Counted from the stretch's first letter, positions 24,792-37,079 are shown. The stretch is 64,000 nt of DNA from a gamma proteobacterium SCGC AAA076-P13 (GCA_000384935.1 ARRA01000001.1:167810-231809), one strand, 5' to 3'. Translations and numbers: made by a program. The notes: a model not told the origin generated them from the sequence alone.

Positions 24792-26647
24792 TATATTTTT
24801 AATTCCTTAATGTTTTTATTTCCGTAGATTAAATTAACCATAGCTCTTGTGCACATGATAGCTGTGAACATTGAGGTGATAATTCCAATTGAAAGTGTTA
24901 TTGCAAAACCCTTAACCGGTCCAGTACCGATGACATAAAGTATAAGGGCTGCTATAAGCGTTGTTACGTTGGCATCAAAAATGGTAACAAAGGCCCTTGA
25001 GAAACCATCATGAATTGCTGACTGAGGGTCTTTCTCTTTAAGCTCTTCTCGTATTCGAGCAAAGATTAGAACGTTAGCATCCACGGCCATACCAACAGTA
25101 AGAACAATACCTGCAATACCAGGAAGTGTAAGAGTTGCGCCCAAGAGTGACATGATTCCAGTAATAAGAACTAGGTTCAAAAATAGTGAGACATTAGCGG
25201 CAATACCGAAGACCCTATAGTAAAGAGTCATAAATATAACAACTAGAGTAAATCCAATCATAATAGATCTCATACCGAGTTCAATATTTTCTTTTCCAAG
25301 GCTTGGTCCAACCGTTCTCTCTTCCACAAACTTCATTGGAGCAGCCAGAGCACCTGCCCTTAATAAAAGAGCTAACTCACTAGCTTCTTGAGGATTACCG
25401 ACTCCTGTAATTCGAAAACTTGTTCCAAGGGATGCCTGAATGGTAGCAAGACTGATAATATTTTTTTCAATGTAAGTCGTTTGTTCTATTACGTTATTGC
25501 CGTTCTCGTCAGTTACTAGCTCTGATTTACTTTTTTGTTCAACAAATAGAACTGCTAGCTTTCTTCCAATATTTCCTGATGTGGCTTTCTGCATAGCTCT
25601 ACCGCCTTGCATATCTAGAGAAATATTTACTTGAGAGAAGCCGCTTTCATCAAAGCCTGTATTAGCGTTTGTTACCCTATCACCAGAAACTACCACTGCT
25701 TTTTCTAAAAATGCAGTTGCGTAATCGTTATCTTTAAAATTAAATTCTTCTTTTCTTAAAGGTGAGGTTCTTGAATTGGCCTCTAGTCTAAATTCAAGGT
25801 TAGCTGTTTTACCAATAATTTTCTTAGCAGCTGTTGGGTCTTGAACCCCAGGAAGCTGAACAACAATTCTAGTAGCACCTTGTCTTTGCACAATTGGCTC
25901 TGACACACCGAGCTCATTTACTCGATTTCTTAAAGTTGTTAAATTTTGGCCAACCGCATAATCCCTAATTTCTTTTAAAGCGATGTCTGAGTATTCTAAA
26001 AGCAATGTTTTTGAACTTGGTCTTTCGGTAATAATATACTGAAGGCCTGTTAAGCCAGGGCTATCGTTCCTATATTTTTTAAGAGCACTGTTATAGCTCT
26101 CTTGATCTCTAAATGTGAAGTGCAATGCAAGATCTTTTATTGATGAATCACTAAATTTAATCCTGTCTTCCTTGAATGTTTTTCTGTAGGTATCAAGAAG
26201 AAGTTCTAGTCTGCCTTGCTTAGCAGTATCAATGTCGACCTCTAATAAGAAGTGAACTCCACCAGATAAATCAAGACCTAGCTTCACAGGCTTACCGCCT
26301 AAATCTTTAAGCCAATCAGGAGTACTGGGCTCAAGGTTTAGAGCAATGATAACTCTATCGAGAAGCTTATTTTGTAATACTGTTTTAGAGTTAAGTTGTT
26401 GATCTAGGGTAGAAAACTTAATAACAATTTTATTATCTCTTAAGAAAATCTCATCATATTCTGAGCCAGTATTCTCTAGTATGTTTGTTAACTCATTCAT
26501 CAATAACTGATCAGCGGACTTACCAGATTCTGTATAAGCTACTTGAATCGATGGCTGGGTTGGGTAAAGATTTGGGAGCGCATAAGTAAAGCCCAATACT
26601 ACAACAAAGAGTATTATGAGGTATTGGGATATTGAGAACTTATTCAC
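24791..26647 (-). CDS. secD: protein translocase subunit SecD
   Basis: 618 aa. LGLDLSGGVHFLLEVD, a large periplasmic domain and C-terminal TM bundle. yajC-secD-secF order. Confidence 0.95.
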   Translation of the reverse strand: MNKFSISQYLIILFVVVLGFTYALPNLYPTQPSIQVAYTESGKSADQLLMNELTNILENTGSEYDEIFLRDNKIVIKFSTLDQQLNSKTVLQNKLLDRVIIALNLEPSTPDWLKDLGGKPVKLGLDLSGGVHFLLEVDIDTAKQGRLELLLDTYRKTFKEDRIKFSDSSIKDLALHFTFRDQESYNSALKKYRNDSPGLTGLQYIITERPSSKTLLLEYSDIALKEIRDYAVGQNLTTLRNRVNELGVSEPIVQRQGATRIVVQLPGVQDPTAAKKIIGKTANLEFRLEANSRTSPLRKEEFNFKDNDYATAFLEKAVVVSGDRVTNANTGFDESGFSQVNISLDMQGGRAMQKATSGNIGRKLAVLFVEQKSKSELVTDENGNNVIEQTTYIEKNIISLATIQASLGTSFRITGVGNPQEASELALLLRAGALAAPMKFVEERTVGPSLGKENIELGMRSIMIGFTLVVIFMTLYYRVFGIAANVSLFLNLVLITGIMSLLGATLTLPGIAGIVLTVGMAVDANVLIFARIREELKEKDPQSAIHDGFSRAFVTIFDANVTTLIAALILYVIGTGPVKGFAITLSIGIITSMFTAIMCTRAMVNLIYGNKNIKELKI

Positions 26648-26656
26648 GATATTTAA

Positions 26657-26950
26657 CTAGATAGAATCTATGGTTCCTTTTGGTAAAATATTTGCTATGG
26701 CACTCTTTTGAAGTTTAATAACAGTTCCAGATGCTATCTCAATTGAAACATATAGATCCTTAACTTCTGTTACTTTTCCAAGTATACCGCCTGCAGCAAT
26801 AATTTCAGTGCCCTTTTCAACTTGAGCAACCATATCTGCTATTTCTTTATTTCTTTTGTTTTGTGGTCTTATGATCATGAAGTACATAAACACAAATAAA
26901 AAACCTACAAATATTAATGGTGATAATAATGATCCTTGAGCTGGTTCCAT
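26657..26950 (-). CDS. yajC: preprotein translocase subunit YajC
   Basis: 97 aa. Single TM, then IIRPQNKRNKE...GTEIIAAGGILGKV. Confidence 0.9.
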   Translation of the reverse strand: MEPAQGSLLSPLIFVGFLFVFMYFMIIRPQNKRNKEIADMVAQVEKGTEIIAAGGILGKVTEVKDLYVSIEIASGTVIKLQKSAIANILPKGTIDSI

Positions 26951-26959
26951 AATCTAATC

Positions 26960-29084
<2,125 letters not shown>

Positions 29085-29132
29085 AAGAAGCTGATTTTAA
29101 ATTAGATAATACTTAGCTACAATGCCCAGCAA

Positions 29133-29217
29133 GCCCCATTGGCGGAATTGGTAGACGCGCGCGATTCAAAATCGCGTTCCTTTGGGAGTGCCTGTTCGAC
29201 TCAGGCATGGGGCACCA
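29133..29217 (+). tRNA. tRNA-Leu (anticodon CAA)
   Basis: GCCCCATTGGCGGAATTGGTAGACGCGCGCGATTCAAAATCGCGTTCCTTTGGGAGTGCCTGTTCGACTCAGGCATGGGGCACCA. Acceptor GCCCCAT/ATGGGGC, anticodon loop TTCAAAA, long variable arm, encoded CCA. Length 85 nt. Confidence 0.95.
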
Positions 29218-29240
29218 CTTAAATCTAACCTAATAAGAGT

Positions 29241-32200
29241 CTAATCATCCTGAACAGTTAATCTAGTAGGAATATTTCTTCCAGATTTGGCATTAGAAGT
29301 GTTCATTATGATTTCAAATTCAATAAACTCCTGTTTTTCTTGAAGGTTATCATCTGCAGGAGAGTTAAATATTACACATTTTTGTGAAGTACCTTCATCA
29401 ATAGTTAGAGTGGTTGAGGCAAAATTTACCTCCTCTGGTTTTAGGAATCCAGGTTTATTTCTATACACTGGATTAATTCTAAAAGTTATATCATCTTCTG
29501 CAGCCCATGCAGTATTAAAACAAATATCTGTATCCTTATCTTCTCCAAATATTATTGGCAGATAATAACTATATACTGAATTAGATGGATTTTCTGACAC
29601 CCCAAATATCCCAGCAATAATTGATGATGTCTGATCATAATCATCTAAAACAGCATATTCACCTAAATCAATCTTATATGAATATGCAGAATCATTTTTA
29701 AAGAAATTTTTCACAGCTTGAAGTTCAGATAAGTTAAATTGATCTCTCACCTTACCAAGTAAAGATTTTAGGAAATCAAAATCACTAAATGTATAGCTTC
29801 CTTTTGGTATTGTTCTTGAAATATCCCCACGATTATTGACCACTTGCTTTGTTAAAACTGTGTCGCCTTCTATGATTTTAAATGTAATCTTACCTTGATC
29901 TAACCAAGTGACTTGAACAGCTCCAGAGGCAAGAGTTTCAATTTTTAGCTCAACAATGAGTTCTAAATATTCTGATGTTTTTGCATACTCTTCATTTGAA
30001 AAAATTTGGAGTTTAAAATCCTCAACACTTGTGAATGGAGCATCCACATTTAATGATAAATTAAATTTAGTATCAGCTGTATAGCTTCCCTCAATAAATG
30101 CATCCATTGAAGCTTTAGAGATTTCTGATCCAACTAAAGAGGCATCAATCCAATTTGTTGAAGTATTTAATCTTGGAAAAATTCTATAATCTCTATTTTT
30201 ACCATCAATCAATCTATCGTAAAAAATAATGCCATTATTACTCTCTGATTCAAATAATATATTAGATTTGGGAGCGGTGGTTCCAATAAAATTATCATAA
30301 TCATATTTAGAGCCACTCATTATATTAAAAATAGCATCCCTAGCGTCTTGGCCATATAAAGTTTCACCAATATCATTACATCCTCCTTCAGCAGGGCATT
30401 CTGAAGCACTATACTGATCATCTCGAGGCACAGATGAGACTCGATAATTATAAGTTTTAAATGTTTCACCATTATCTCGATCAGGTGATGTATTTGGAGA
30501 ATAATAATAAAATGCACTTTCTCCATAAGATAGAAGCTTTCTCATTTCATCAATTTCAGATAATGCTGCTGGTATTTGTGCTACTTCTTTAATTAAGGAT
30601 TCAGGATCTAAATTATCATTATCAATAATGTTGTAAACTTTGCTTTCGGTTAATCTGGAAGTTCCATGGTTATTTACTGAAAATTGAATAGCCCAAGTTG
30701 GAGCAGTATCAGGAAAATTATCTCCTCTTCCTTGTTTTTCAATTCTAAGTCCAATTGCTGGACCATAATTTGGAAGTAAAGAACAGGTTTTAAGGTTATT
30801 TACACCTCTTCCAAATCCGTACCTATACTCCATTTGTAAACCTTTTGAATCTTGGGGTCCTACAAATTGTATCGTTTCTTGAGACTCACAATATGACTCT
30901 GCAGTTGAATCCTCGTTTCTAATACCGCTAGACTCGCTACCTCTTATATTGATATTTCCAACAACCCCATCAACTGAAAAGTTATCGTTATTAATATTAA
31001 CCTGCCTGTGATACCTTTTTGATGCATCAGCAACACCAGTTAGAGATAGGTTAGAAATACTACAATTTGTATTATTTTCTAATGTGCATAAATATCTCTT
31101 TAGGCTTCCATCAGCATTAACAGAGGCACCAGTCGAGCTTATTTCGTCTATATTATAAAACCCTTTTAAATTTTTCTTAGTTTTGTAAATTGAAAAGAAC
31201 TCTAGAGGAAGGGTCGTAAACTCACCTGTTTTTAATATCGCATCTAAAGAGTCGCTAGATAAAGATACATTGGGAGTTACATCTTTACCATACCTTGTTG
31301 AAAGTTCAGAAGATATATCTTCTTTGATAGCGTTATAAGATGGGAAGAATGCAGCTACCTTTTGAGCTAGCTCTTCAGTTATGCTACTTGAACCATCACT
31401 AGCAATAAAATCAACGATTAAGTTATCAAAAGTAATACCATAATTGTTTTCAATATTGCTAATTAAAGACGAAACTTGAGAAGAAATTTTATTCGCTACT
31501 GCATCACCCTCAGATTGACATCCTTCAGTGACGGATAAATCTTCAGTTAAATCTGCATCATTTTTCCCTTTTAAAATAGCCTCGCCAATAAGAGATGTAA
31601 AAGGAGAAATAACAAGCTCATTTGAGCCAGCATCGTTAACTGAAGGTAAAAGCATTTGATATGCTTTTGTTACTGTTCCCAAAGTTGAGTCTTCTGCACC
31701 AACAGGGATATTGGCAACAATAGGTCTAGCCTTGATACATGCTAGATCGCCATCATTTACCTTAATCTCAAAAGTACCATCTGCGTTAGTTATTGCGTTG
31801 TATTCACCAGCATCAAGTCTTTGATTGAAATTAACATCAAAAAAGACTGTAGCACCAGAAATATAGCCATCAATAGTTTTACCAGTTAATGATGTTCTTT
31901 GGTCAGTGACAGCAGATGACCCATTAAACTCAGAATTATTAAAAGCTTTTGATTTAGAGTTAATTGTAGAAAATAAATCATCCCTAGCTTGCTGGCCTGA
32001 TGAATTTATAACCTCAGTTCTTATAGAGCCTGTATCTGAATTCTCATATGTGGCATATTCAAAATTATCATTATCAGGATTATGTGATAGTAGCATCATT
32101 GAGCTTTCAGTAATCTGACTTGATGAATTTCTTTTTGTCCAATATATTCTTATAACATCTGTAGATGTTGTGCTGAGCTTATCTCTCAAGATGTTCATTG

Positions 32201-35200
32201 CCTTAAATGTTCTGGGCACAGATGCGATTTCCTGTATCAATGGATCTACATTAATATTGCTTCTATTGTTATAAACATCATTTAACTTATTAGTAAAAAA
32301 TGTTGATTTACTGTAATCAGCATTTTTTATCCTAATATCTATTTCTTCAAAATTAACGCCATCGTCATACTGGTCCACAAGGGCTACAAAAAGTGCCTCA
32401 TCTTTACCTGAAAGCTCTTCAACGCATTTATCATTCCCCTCACTGCCTGAGGCAACACCTGTATTATATCTATCGTTAGTAGTAAAGTTTTCTCTTTGAT
32501 TGACTGGAACTAAATATAACCAGTTTTGTAAAATACAAATTCTACTCGAAGGATTACCATCAAAGTCAAAGTCAACTCTTTGTTCATCTTCAACAACAAG
32601 TTGATAGTTGTATGTTGATGGATTGTAGTTATTATTTATGAAGGAACTTGTTCTTGTATATCTTTGGGAGGCATCTCTCAATGAAACTAAACTAATATCG
32701 CTAGTCGAGCAGTTATCACTATCTCCAAAACATGTATAGTGGTTCATTTCACCTGTATTGTTTAACTTGGCGCCAAAGGCTGTAATTTTTTCTTGAATGA
32801 ACCACCCTTGATCATTAGGTTCTGTTTTATATATAGCAGAGAAGCTAACTGGTATTTCTTCAATAGATGAATTTGCCAAGATTGAGTTGATTGAATCCTT
32901 TTCAATTGTTACATCAGTATTAATTGTTTTATCATGAATAATTGAAAGTTCGGAATCAAACTCATCTGTTAAATCTTTAAAGTATGGAAAAAACTTCGCA
33001 ATATTTTGTGCAGATGTCTCAGTAATTATTGAGCTAGAAGTGTCAGCAATAAAATCAATAACCAAATCATCATATGAAATATTTAGACTTGTGCTTAATG
33101 TATTTTTAATTTGAGTTAATTCATTTGAAATACTCGAAGCAATGCTATTGCCAATATTACTACAACCCTCAACTAAAGTTAGTTCATCAGTTATGGAAGA
33201 AGACCTTTTGGCTTGTATAACAGCGTCACCCAACAGGCTTGTAAAAGGAGAAATTACAATTGATGAATTGCCAGTGTCATTTATAGATGGCAATACCATC
33301 CTATATGCCTTAGTCACATCACCTAGGCTTGAATCTATAGCACCAACGGGCACATTAGCAACTATAGGTCTTGATTTTAAACAGTTATACAACTCCAAAT
33401 CATCTGTAGAAATATTAAAATTGCCATCTGAATTAGTTATAGAACTTATCTCTCCATCATCAAGTCTAAAATTGAAATTCTGATCCAGATAAACCTCTGC
33501 TCCTTCAATATATCCATCTATTGTTTTGCCTTCAAAAGTATATTCACCTTTCTTAATAACAGAAACAGTAATATTTTTTGTCACGGTTTCTGTGCCATCT
33601 GTTAAAGAGAGAGTGATTGAATATGAGGATTTATCAGCATAACTAGCTGCTTCTTTAAGGCTAAGAACATTTTCATTTGAAAGATTAAAACTATTAGCAT
33701 CAACACCCTCAATAGAAAGTGTTAGTTCATCTCCATCAATATCAAAAATAGAAATAGTTGTGATAGCGGTCTCATCCTCTAAAATACTAATAACAGAAGC
33801 AGTATTTATCGATGGTTTATCATTAGTAGCTTCAATAGTCACTGAAACATTTGCAGATGATGTTTTGCTTCCTTGAGTAATAGAATAACTAAAAATATCA
33901 GTTCCATTGAAGTCGGCGTTCGGGGTATAAACAACTTGTTCGGGCGAAGATTCGGCCAAGAGTGTTGTCCCATTAGAACCGTTGCCAGATACTATTGATA
34001 TTGGAGATGACGTTAAGTAAGAATCATTAGCTAATACATTAATTGTTACTGATGTATCCTCTAAGGTAGAAGCAGAATCAGCCACAGCTGTTACTGAGGG
34101 TGCAATATTACCCGAATCGATGTTTTGGTCTTCTGCTATATAATTTAAAATATCACCTGTGTAACTAGCTATTATTTCATCTGAAGCGGTTCCATTTGCA
34201 ATAGCTTGAATATCTGTTTGAAGGGTTGATACTGCAAAGCGGATTACTGATGTGGTCAAATCATCAGTAGACTTAACCTCAATAACTGGCATGACACCTG
34301 ATAGTGCTTTTGTAGTATTGGCTTTAGCGGCATCAGTAATAGTTAAGGTTTTTGCTTCAATAATATTATTTACAGTTTTAGTTATAAAGTCTTCAGTTTC
34401 TATGTCTACTTTCGCGGTTGTTTCTGTGTATTCCTTTTCCAGTTCTTCTGTAATAGCCTTGAAGTAATCTTGAGTCGTTTCGGTTGTGGTATTTAAATTA
34501 TTAGTAATATTTTGCAGTGCATAAGCAAGAACCGTTAGCTGGTTGCCCTTTTCATATAAATAATCATTTATACCACCATCGCCCTTATTAGCCACTGGAT
34601 CAAAAATAGAAACATCAATAGAAGAATCAATTCCCAGAGCAGCATTTACATTAGTAGCATCTGTCATAAATGCAGCAACCGAAGTAACAGGTGTTACAGC
34701 TTTAAAGTCTGAGTGGCCAGTAAGTTTATGAGTAATTAAAAGATTATCTAAAAGGGTTTGAGAATCTAAGTCAGTTCCACCAATGGAAATTAAACTCCCA
34801 TTTGCATACTTAATAGTAAATTTACCATCATTATCTGAAGTCGTTGTGCTTTCATCGGAGTTACAAGTCCAACTTTCATCTTCGTCAATGCATACTTCAG
34901 CACCAGATATGTAGCCATCAACAACTACACCATCAGTGTTTCTATAGCCCTCAACTGTTACTGATACAGATTTAGAACCTCCAGCTCCAGTACAAGAAAT
35001 AGAAAAAGTATTATTGCCAGCTGATGATATCGAAACTGCTTCAGAACCAGAAGCAGATGTCTGGGTCGTCCAACTAGCTGAACAAGAAGTTGTGTTCGTT
35101 GAAGACCAAGTTAAAGTTGAAGTGTTATCAAGCAGAACTGAAACTGGATCAGCAGAAAGATTAACAGTTGGTGCTGGCGTTGTTGGTGTAACTGGGGAAG

Positions 35201-35276
35201 CGCTCCCGCCGCCGCCGCCACCTCCACAAGAAGATATTAAGAATATAAGTGGTAGTAAAAATGAAAATTTATTCAT
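29241..35276 (-). CDS. giant (~2011 aa) lipoprotein of unknown function with cadherin-like repeats and a large internal duplication
   Basis: The track ORF extends to 35312. The likely start is MNKFSFLLPLIFLISSC at 35276 (lipobox followed by Gly7). It shares a 75-aa N-terminal module with 5643..7994. It has three DGYIxGAxV...DG.F modules, two cadherin/VCBS-like repeats (YTPNADFNGTDIFSYSI; DKPSINT...), and two ~549-aa tandem repeats. I see no catalytic motif. Confidence 0.8.
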   Translation of the reverse strand: MNKFSFLLPLIFLISSCGGGGGGGSASPVTPTTPAPTVNLSADPVSVLLDNTSTLTWSSTNTTSCSASWTTQTSASGSEAVSISSAGNNTFSISCTGAGGSKSVSVTVEGYRNTDGVVVDGYISGAEVCIDEDESWTCNSDESTTTSDNDGKFTIKYANGSLISIGGTDLDSQTLLDNLLITHKLTGHSDFKAVTPVTSVAAFMTDATNVNAALGIDSSIDVSIFDPVANKGDGGINDYLYEKGNQLTVLAYALQNITNNLNTTTETTQDYFKAITEELEKEYTETTAKVDIETEDFITKTVNNIIEAKTLTITDAAKANTTKALSGVMPVIEVKSTDDLTTSVIRFAVSTLQTDIQAIANGTASDEIIASYTGDILNYIAEDQNIDSGNIAPSVTAVADSASTLEDTSVTINVLANDSYLTSSPISIVSGNGSNGTTLLAESSPEQVVYTPNADFNGTDIFSYSITQGSKTSSANVSVTIEATNDKPSINTASVISILEDETAITTISIFDIDGDELTLSIEGVDANSFNLSNENVLSLKEAASYADKSSYSITLSLTDGTETVTKNITVSVIKKGEYTFEGKTIDGYIEGAEVYLDQNFNFRLDDGEISSITNSDGNFNISTDDLELYNCLKSRPIVANVPVGAIDSSLGDVTKAYRMVLPSINDTGNSSIVISPFTSLLGDAVIQAKRSSSITDELTLVEGCSNIGNSIASSISNELTQIKNTLSTSLNISYDDLVIDFIADTSSSIITETSAQNIAKFFPYFKDLTDEFDSELSIIHDKTINTDVTIEKDSINSILANSSIEEIPVSFSAIYKTEPNDQGWFIQEKITAFGAKLNNTGEMNHYTCFGDSDNCSTSDISLVSLRDASQRYTRTSSFINNNYNPSTYNYQLVVEDEQRVDFDFDGNPSSRICILQNWLYLVPVNQRENFTTNDRYNTGVASGSEGNDKCVEELSGKDEALFVALVDQYDDGVNFEEIDIRIKNADYSKSTFFTNKLNDVYNNRSNINVDPLIQEIASVPRTFKAMNILRDKLSTTSTDVIRIYWTKRNSSSQITESSMMLLSHNPDNDNFEYATYENSDTGSIRTEVINSSGQQARDDLFSTINSKSKAFNNSEFNGSSAVTDQRTSLTGKTIDGYISGATVFFDVNFNQRLDAGEYNAITNADGTFEIKVNDGDLACIKARPIVANIPVGAEDSTLGTVTKAYQMLLPSVNDAGSNELVISPFTSLIGEAILKGKNDADLTEDLSVTEGCQSEGDAVANKISSQVSSLISNIENNYGITFDNLIVDFIASDGSSSITEELAQKVAAFFPSYNAIKEDISSELSTRYGKDVTPNVSLSSDSLDAILKTGEFTTLPLEFFSIYKTKKNLKGFYNIDEISSTGASVNADGSLKRYLCTLENNTNCSISNLSLTGVADASKRYHRQVNINNDNFSVDGVVGNINIRGSESSGIRNEDSTAESYCESQETIQFVGPQDSKGLQMEYRYGFGRGVNNLKTCSLLPNYGPAIGLRIEKQGRGDNFPDTAPTWAIQFSVNNHGTSRLTESKVYNIIDNDNLDPESLIKEVAQIPAALSEIDEMRKLLSYGESAFYYYSPNTSPDRDNGETFKTYNYRVSSVPRDDQYSASECPAEGGCNDIGETLYGQDARDAIFNIMSGSKYDYDNFIGTTAPKSNILFESESNNGIIFYDRLIDGKNRDYRIFPRLNTSTNWIDASLVGSEISKASMDAFIEGSYTADTKFNLSLNVDAPFTSVEDFKLQIFSNEEYAKTSEYLELIVELKIETLASGAVQVTWLDQGKITFKIIEGDTVLTKQVVNNRGDISRTIPKGSYTFSDFDFLKSLLGKVRDQFNLSELQAVKNFFKNDSAYSYKIDLGEYAVLDDYDQTSSIIAGIFGVSENPSNSVYSYYLPIIFGEDKDTDICFNTAWAAEDDITFRINPVYRNKPGFLKPEEVNFASTTLTIDEGTSQKCVIFNSPADDNLQEKQEFIEFEIIMNTSNAKSGRNIPTRLTVQDD

Positions 35277-35366
35277 GTTAAAAAAAAATTTATTTATATA
35301 TAAAAATAACATAGGTTGACTATATTGGTATAGCTTTATAGTTATTTTTTTATATATAATAAAAAT

Positions 35367-36518
35367 ATGATTTTAAATAAAGAACATCTAGCAATTCGTG
35401 AAACTGTTTCGGCTTTCATTGAAAAAGAAATTAATCCTCACACAGATAAATGGGAGCAAGAAGGAATCTTTCCTGCTCATGAACTTTTTAAAGAGATGGG
35501 AAATCTTGGTCTTTTAGGTATTTCTAAACCAACTGAGTATGGAGGAATGGGTCTCGATTATAGCTATCAAGTTGTCTTCTCTGAAGAGCTTGGAAAAATC
35601 AGCAGTGGCGGTGTTTCGATGGCAATTGGTGTCCAAACAGATATGGCAACCCCTGCCCTCGCAAAATATGGAAGTGATGAATTAAGAAAGGATTTTCTTG
35701 CTCCAGCAATCTCTGGTGATATGGTTTGCTCTATTGCTGTCAGTGAGCCGAGCGCTGGTTCAGATGTCTCTGCAATAAAAACATCTGCAGTTAAAGATGG
35801 GGATGACTATATTATTAATGGCACGAAAATGTGGATAACGAACTCTACTCAGGCCGACTTCATTTGTCTTCTAGCTAATACATCTGATACTAGTCCTCAT
35901 AGCAACAAGTCGCTTATTGTTGTACCTATGGATTTACCAGGTATTACTCTTTCAGAAAGGTTCAATAAGCTAGGTATGAGATCATCCGATACTGCTCAAA
36001 TATTTTTTGATGACGTTAGAGTTCCACAAAGATATTTAATTGGTGAAGAAGGTAATGGGTTTAGGTACCAAATGGAGCAGTTTCAAGAGGAAAGAATATT
36101 TGGTGCGGCCGGAGCTCTGAAAATGCTGGAACAAGTTATTAAAGATACGATTGAATACACCAGCCAAAGAAAAGCATTTGGTAAATCAATTCTTGATAAT
36201 CAAGTTGTCCATTTCAGACTGGCCGAACTTCAAACCGAAGTAGAGCTTTTAAGAGCTTTAGTCTATACCGCAACCGAGGAATATATTAATGGAGGCGATG
36301 TAACCATGAAGGCCTCTATGATGAAATTAAAGGCAGGTAGGCTTGGGAGAGAAGTTACAGACAGTTGCCTTCAGTACTGGGGCGGAATGGGATATATGTG
36401 GGATACTCCGGTATCTAGGGCCTTTCGAGACGGTAGGCTAACTTCTATTGGCGGTGGCGCTGATGAAATTATGCTTGGAATTATTTCTAAGCACATGGGC
36501 ACAGCACCTAAAAGATAA
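35367..36518 (+). CDS. acyl-CoA dehydrogenase
   Basis: 383 aa. SIAVSEPSAGSDVSAIKT, GTKMWITN, and C-terminal QYWGGMGY...RDGRLTSIGGGADEIM. Confidence 0.9.
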   Translation: MILNKEHLAIRETVSAFIEKEINPHTDKWEQEGIFPAHELFKEMGNLGLLGISKPTEYGGMGLDYSYQVVFSEELGKISSGGVSMAIGVQTDMATPALAKYGSDELRKDFLAPAISGDMVCSIAVSEPSAGSDVSAIKTSAVKDGDDYIINGTKMWITNSTQADFICLLANTSDTSPHSNKSLIVVPMDLPGITLSERFNKLGMRSSDTAQIFFDDVRVPQRYLIGEEGNGFRYQMEQFQEERIFGAAGALKMLEQVIKDTIEYTSQRKAFGKSILDNQVVHFRLAELQTEVELLRALVYTATEEYINGGDVTMKASMMKLKAGRLGREVTDSCLQYWGGMGYMWDTPVSRAFRDGRLTSIGGGADEIMLGIISKHMGTAPKR

Positions 36519-36523
36519 CACGA

Positions 36524-36859
36524 CTAGTTACTAAATCTTACCAAGTTCTTAGCCATTTTTTTTGAGTACCTTTTAAAGATTTTTAAGGCCTTATTGAGGT
36601 CCTTCTCAATTTCCTCTTCAGCTAGAGAATACCCATCCCAATATGAAACCTTATAAACTTCTTCTAATTTAATAATTTCTATTGATGCAGCGTCTGGGTT
36701 AGATTGATCATTATGCTCAATAATGACTGATTCATCATTGAGGGTTATTGAAGTGTTAGGAACTTCTGTAAAAATAGATTTAAACAGGTTTTCTATTCTG
36801 AGATGGCTATTTTTTATATTTGTGTTGATCATAGGAATGGTGCCTACCTTCAACACCAA
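36524..36859 (-). CDS. hypothetical protein
   Basis: 111-aa ORF. Its 5' end overlaps the upstream gene by up to 53 nt (an internal M at 36832 is possible). No motif recognised. Confidence 0.4.
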   Translation of the reverse strand: MVLKVGTIPMINTNIKNSHLRIENLFKSIFTEVPNTSITLNDESVIIEHNDQSNPDAASIEIIKLEEVYKVSYWDGYSLAEEEIEKDLNKALKIFKRYSKKMAKNLVRFSN

Positions 36860-37070
36860 ATTCTCTCAAGCCCACATGTTTGGTTTTTCTTCCTCGGGCC
36901 CTTTTTCTCCAAAGCGTATAGCTATTCTTTTTTAAGTTATCTCTCATAAGGTCCTCGACCTGATTTTGATTAAGGCCATAAGTTGCTTCAATTGCATCGA
37001 AAGGAGTTCTATCCTCCCAAGCCATTTCAATGATTCTTGAGACATCTGATTCTTTAAGCTCCATGGTCAT
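36807..37070 (-). CDS. DUF2805/TIGR03643-like small protein
   Basis: 87 aa. IIEMAWEDRTPFDAIEATYGLNQNQVEDLMRDNLKKNSYTLWRKRARGRKTKH matches my memory of this family. Confidence 0.65.
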   Translation of the reverse strand: MTMELKESDVSRIIEMAWEDRTPFDAIEATYGLNQNQVEDLMRDNLKKNSYTLWRKRARGRKTKHVGLREFGVEGRHHSYDQHKYKK

Positions 37071-37079
37071 AAAATAAAG

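Noticed and set aside
35014-35319. Track ORFs lying antisense inside long, well-supported genes. Examples: 294..645, 2844..3050, 11510..11779, 33142..33483, 35014..35319, 46002..46648, 49974..50363, 53004..53255, 53397..53687, 55876..56172, 61921..62181.
   Set aside because: Each is fully contained in, or opposite to, a gene with strong motif support. Their translations are low-complexity (Ser/Leu/Ile/Phe-rich), as expected from the reverse strand of AT-rich coding DNA, and none has a recognisable motif or ribosome-binding context.
36524-37070. The overlapping ORFs 36807..37070 and 36524..36859 as one gene split by a frameshift (pseudogene).
   Set aside because: The upstream ORF already has the full length and the conserved C-terminal WRKR..GRKTKH block expected for the DUF2805-like family. 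The downstream ORF has an internal Met that reduces the overlap. I see no continuity of homology across the junction.
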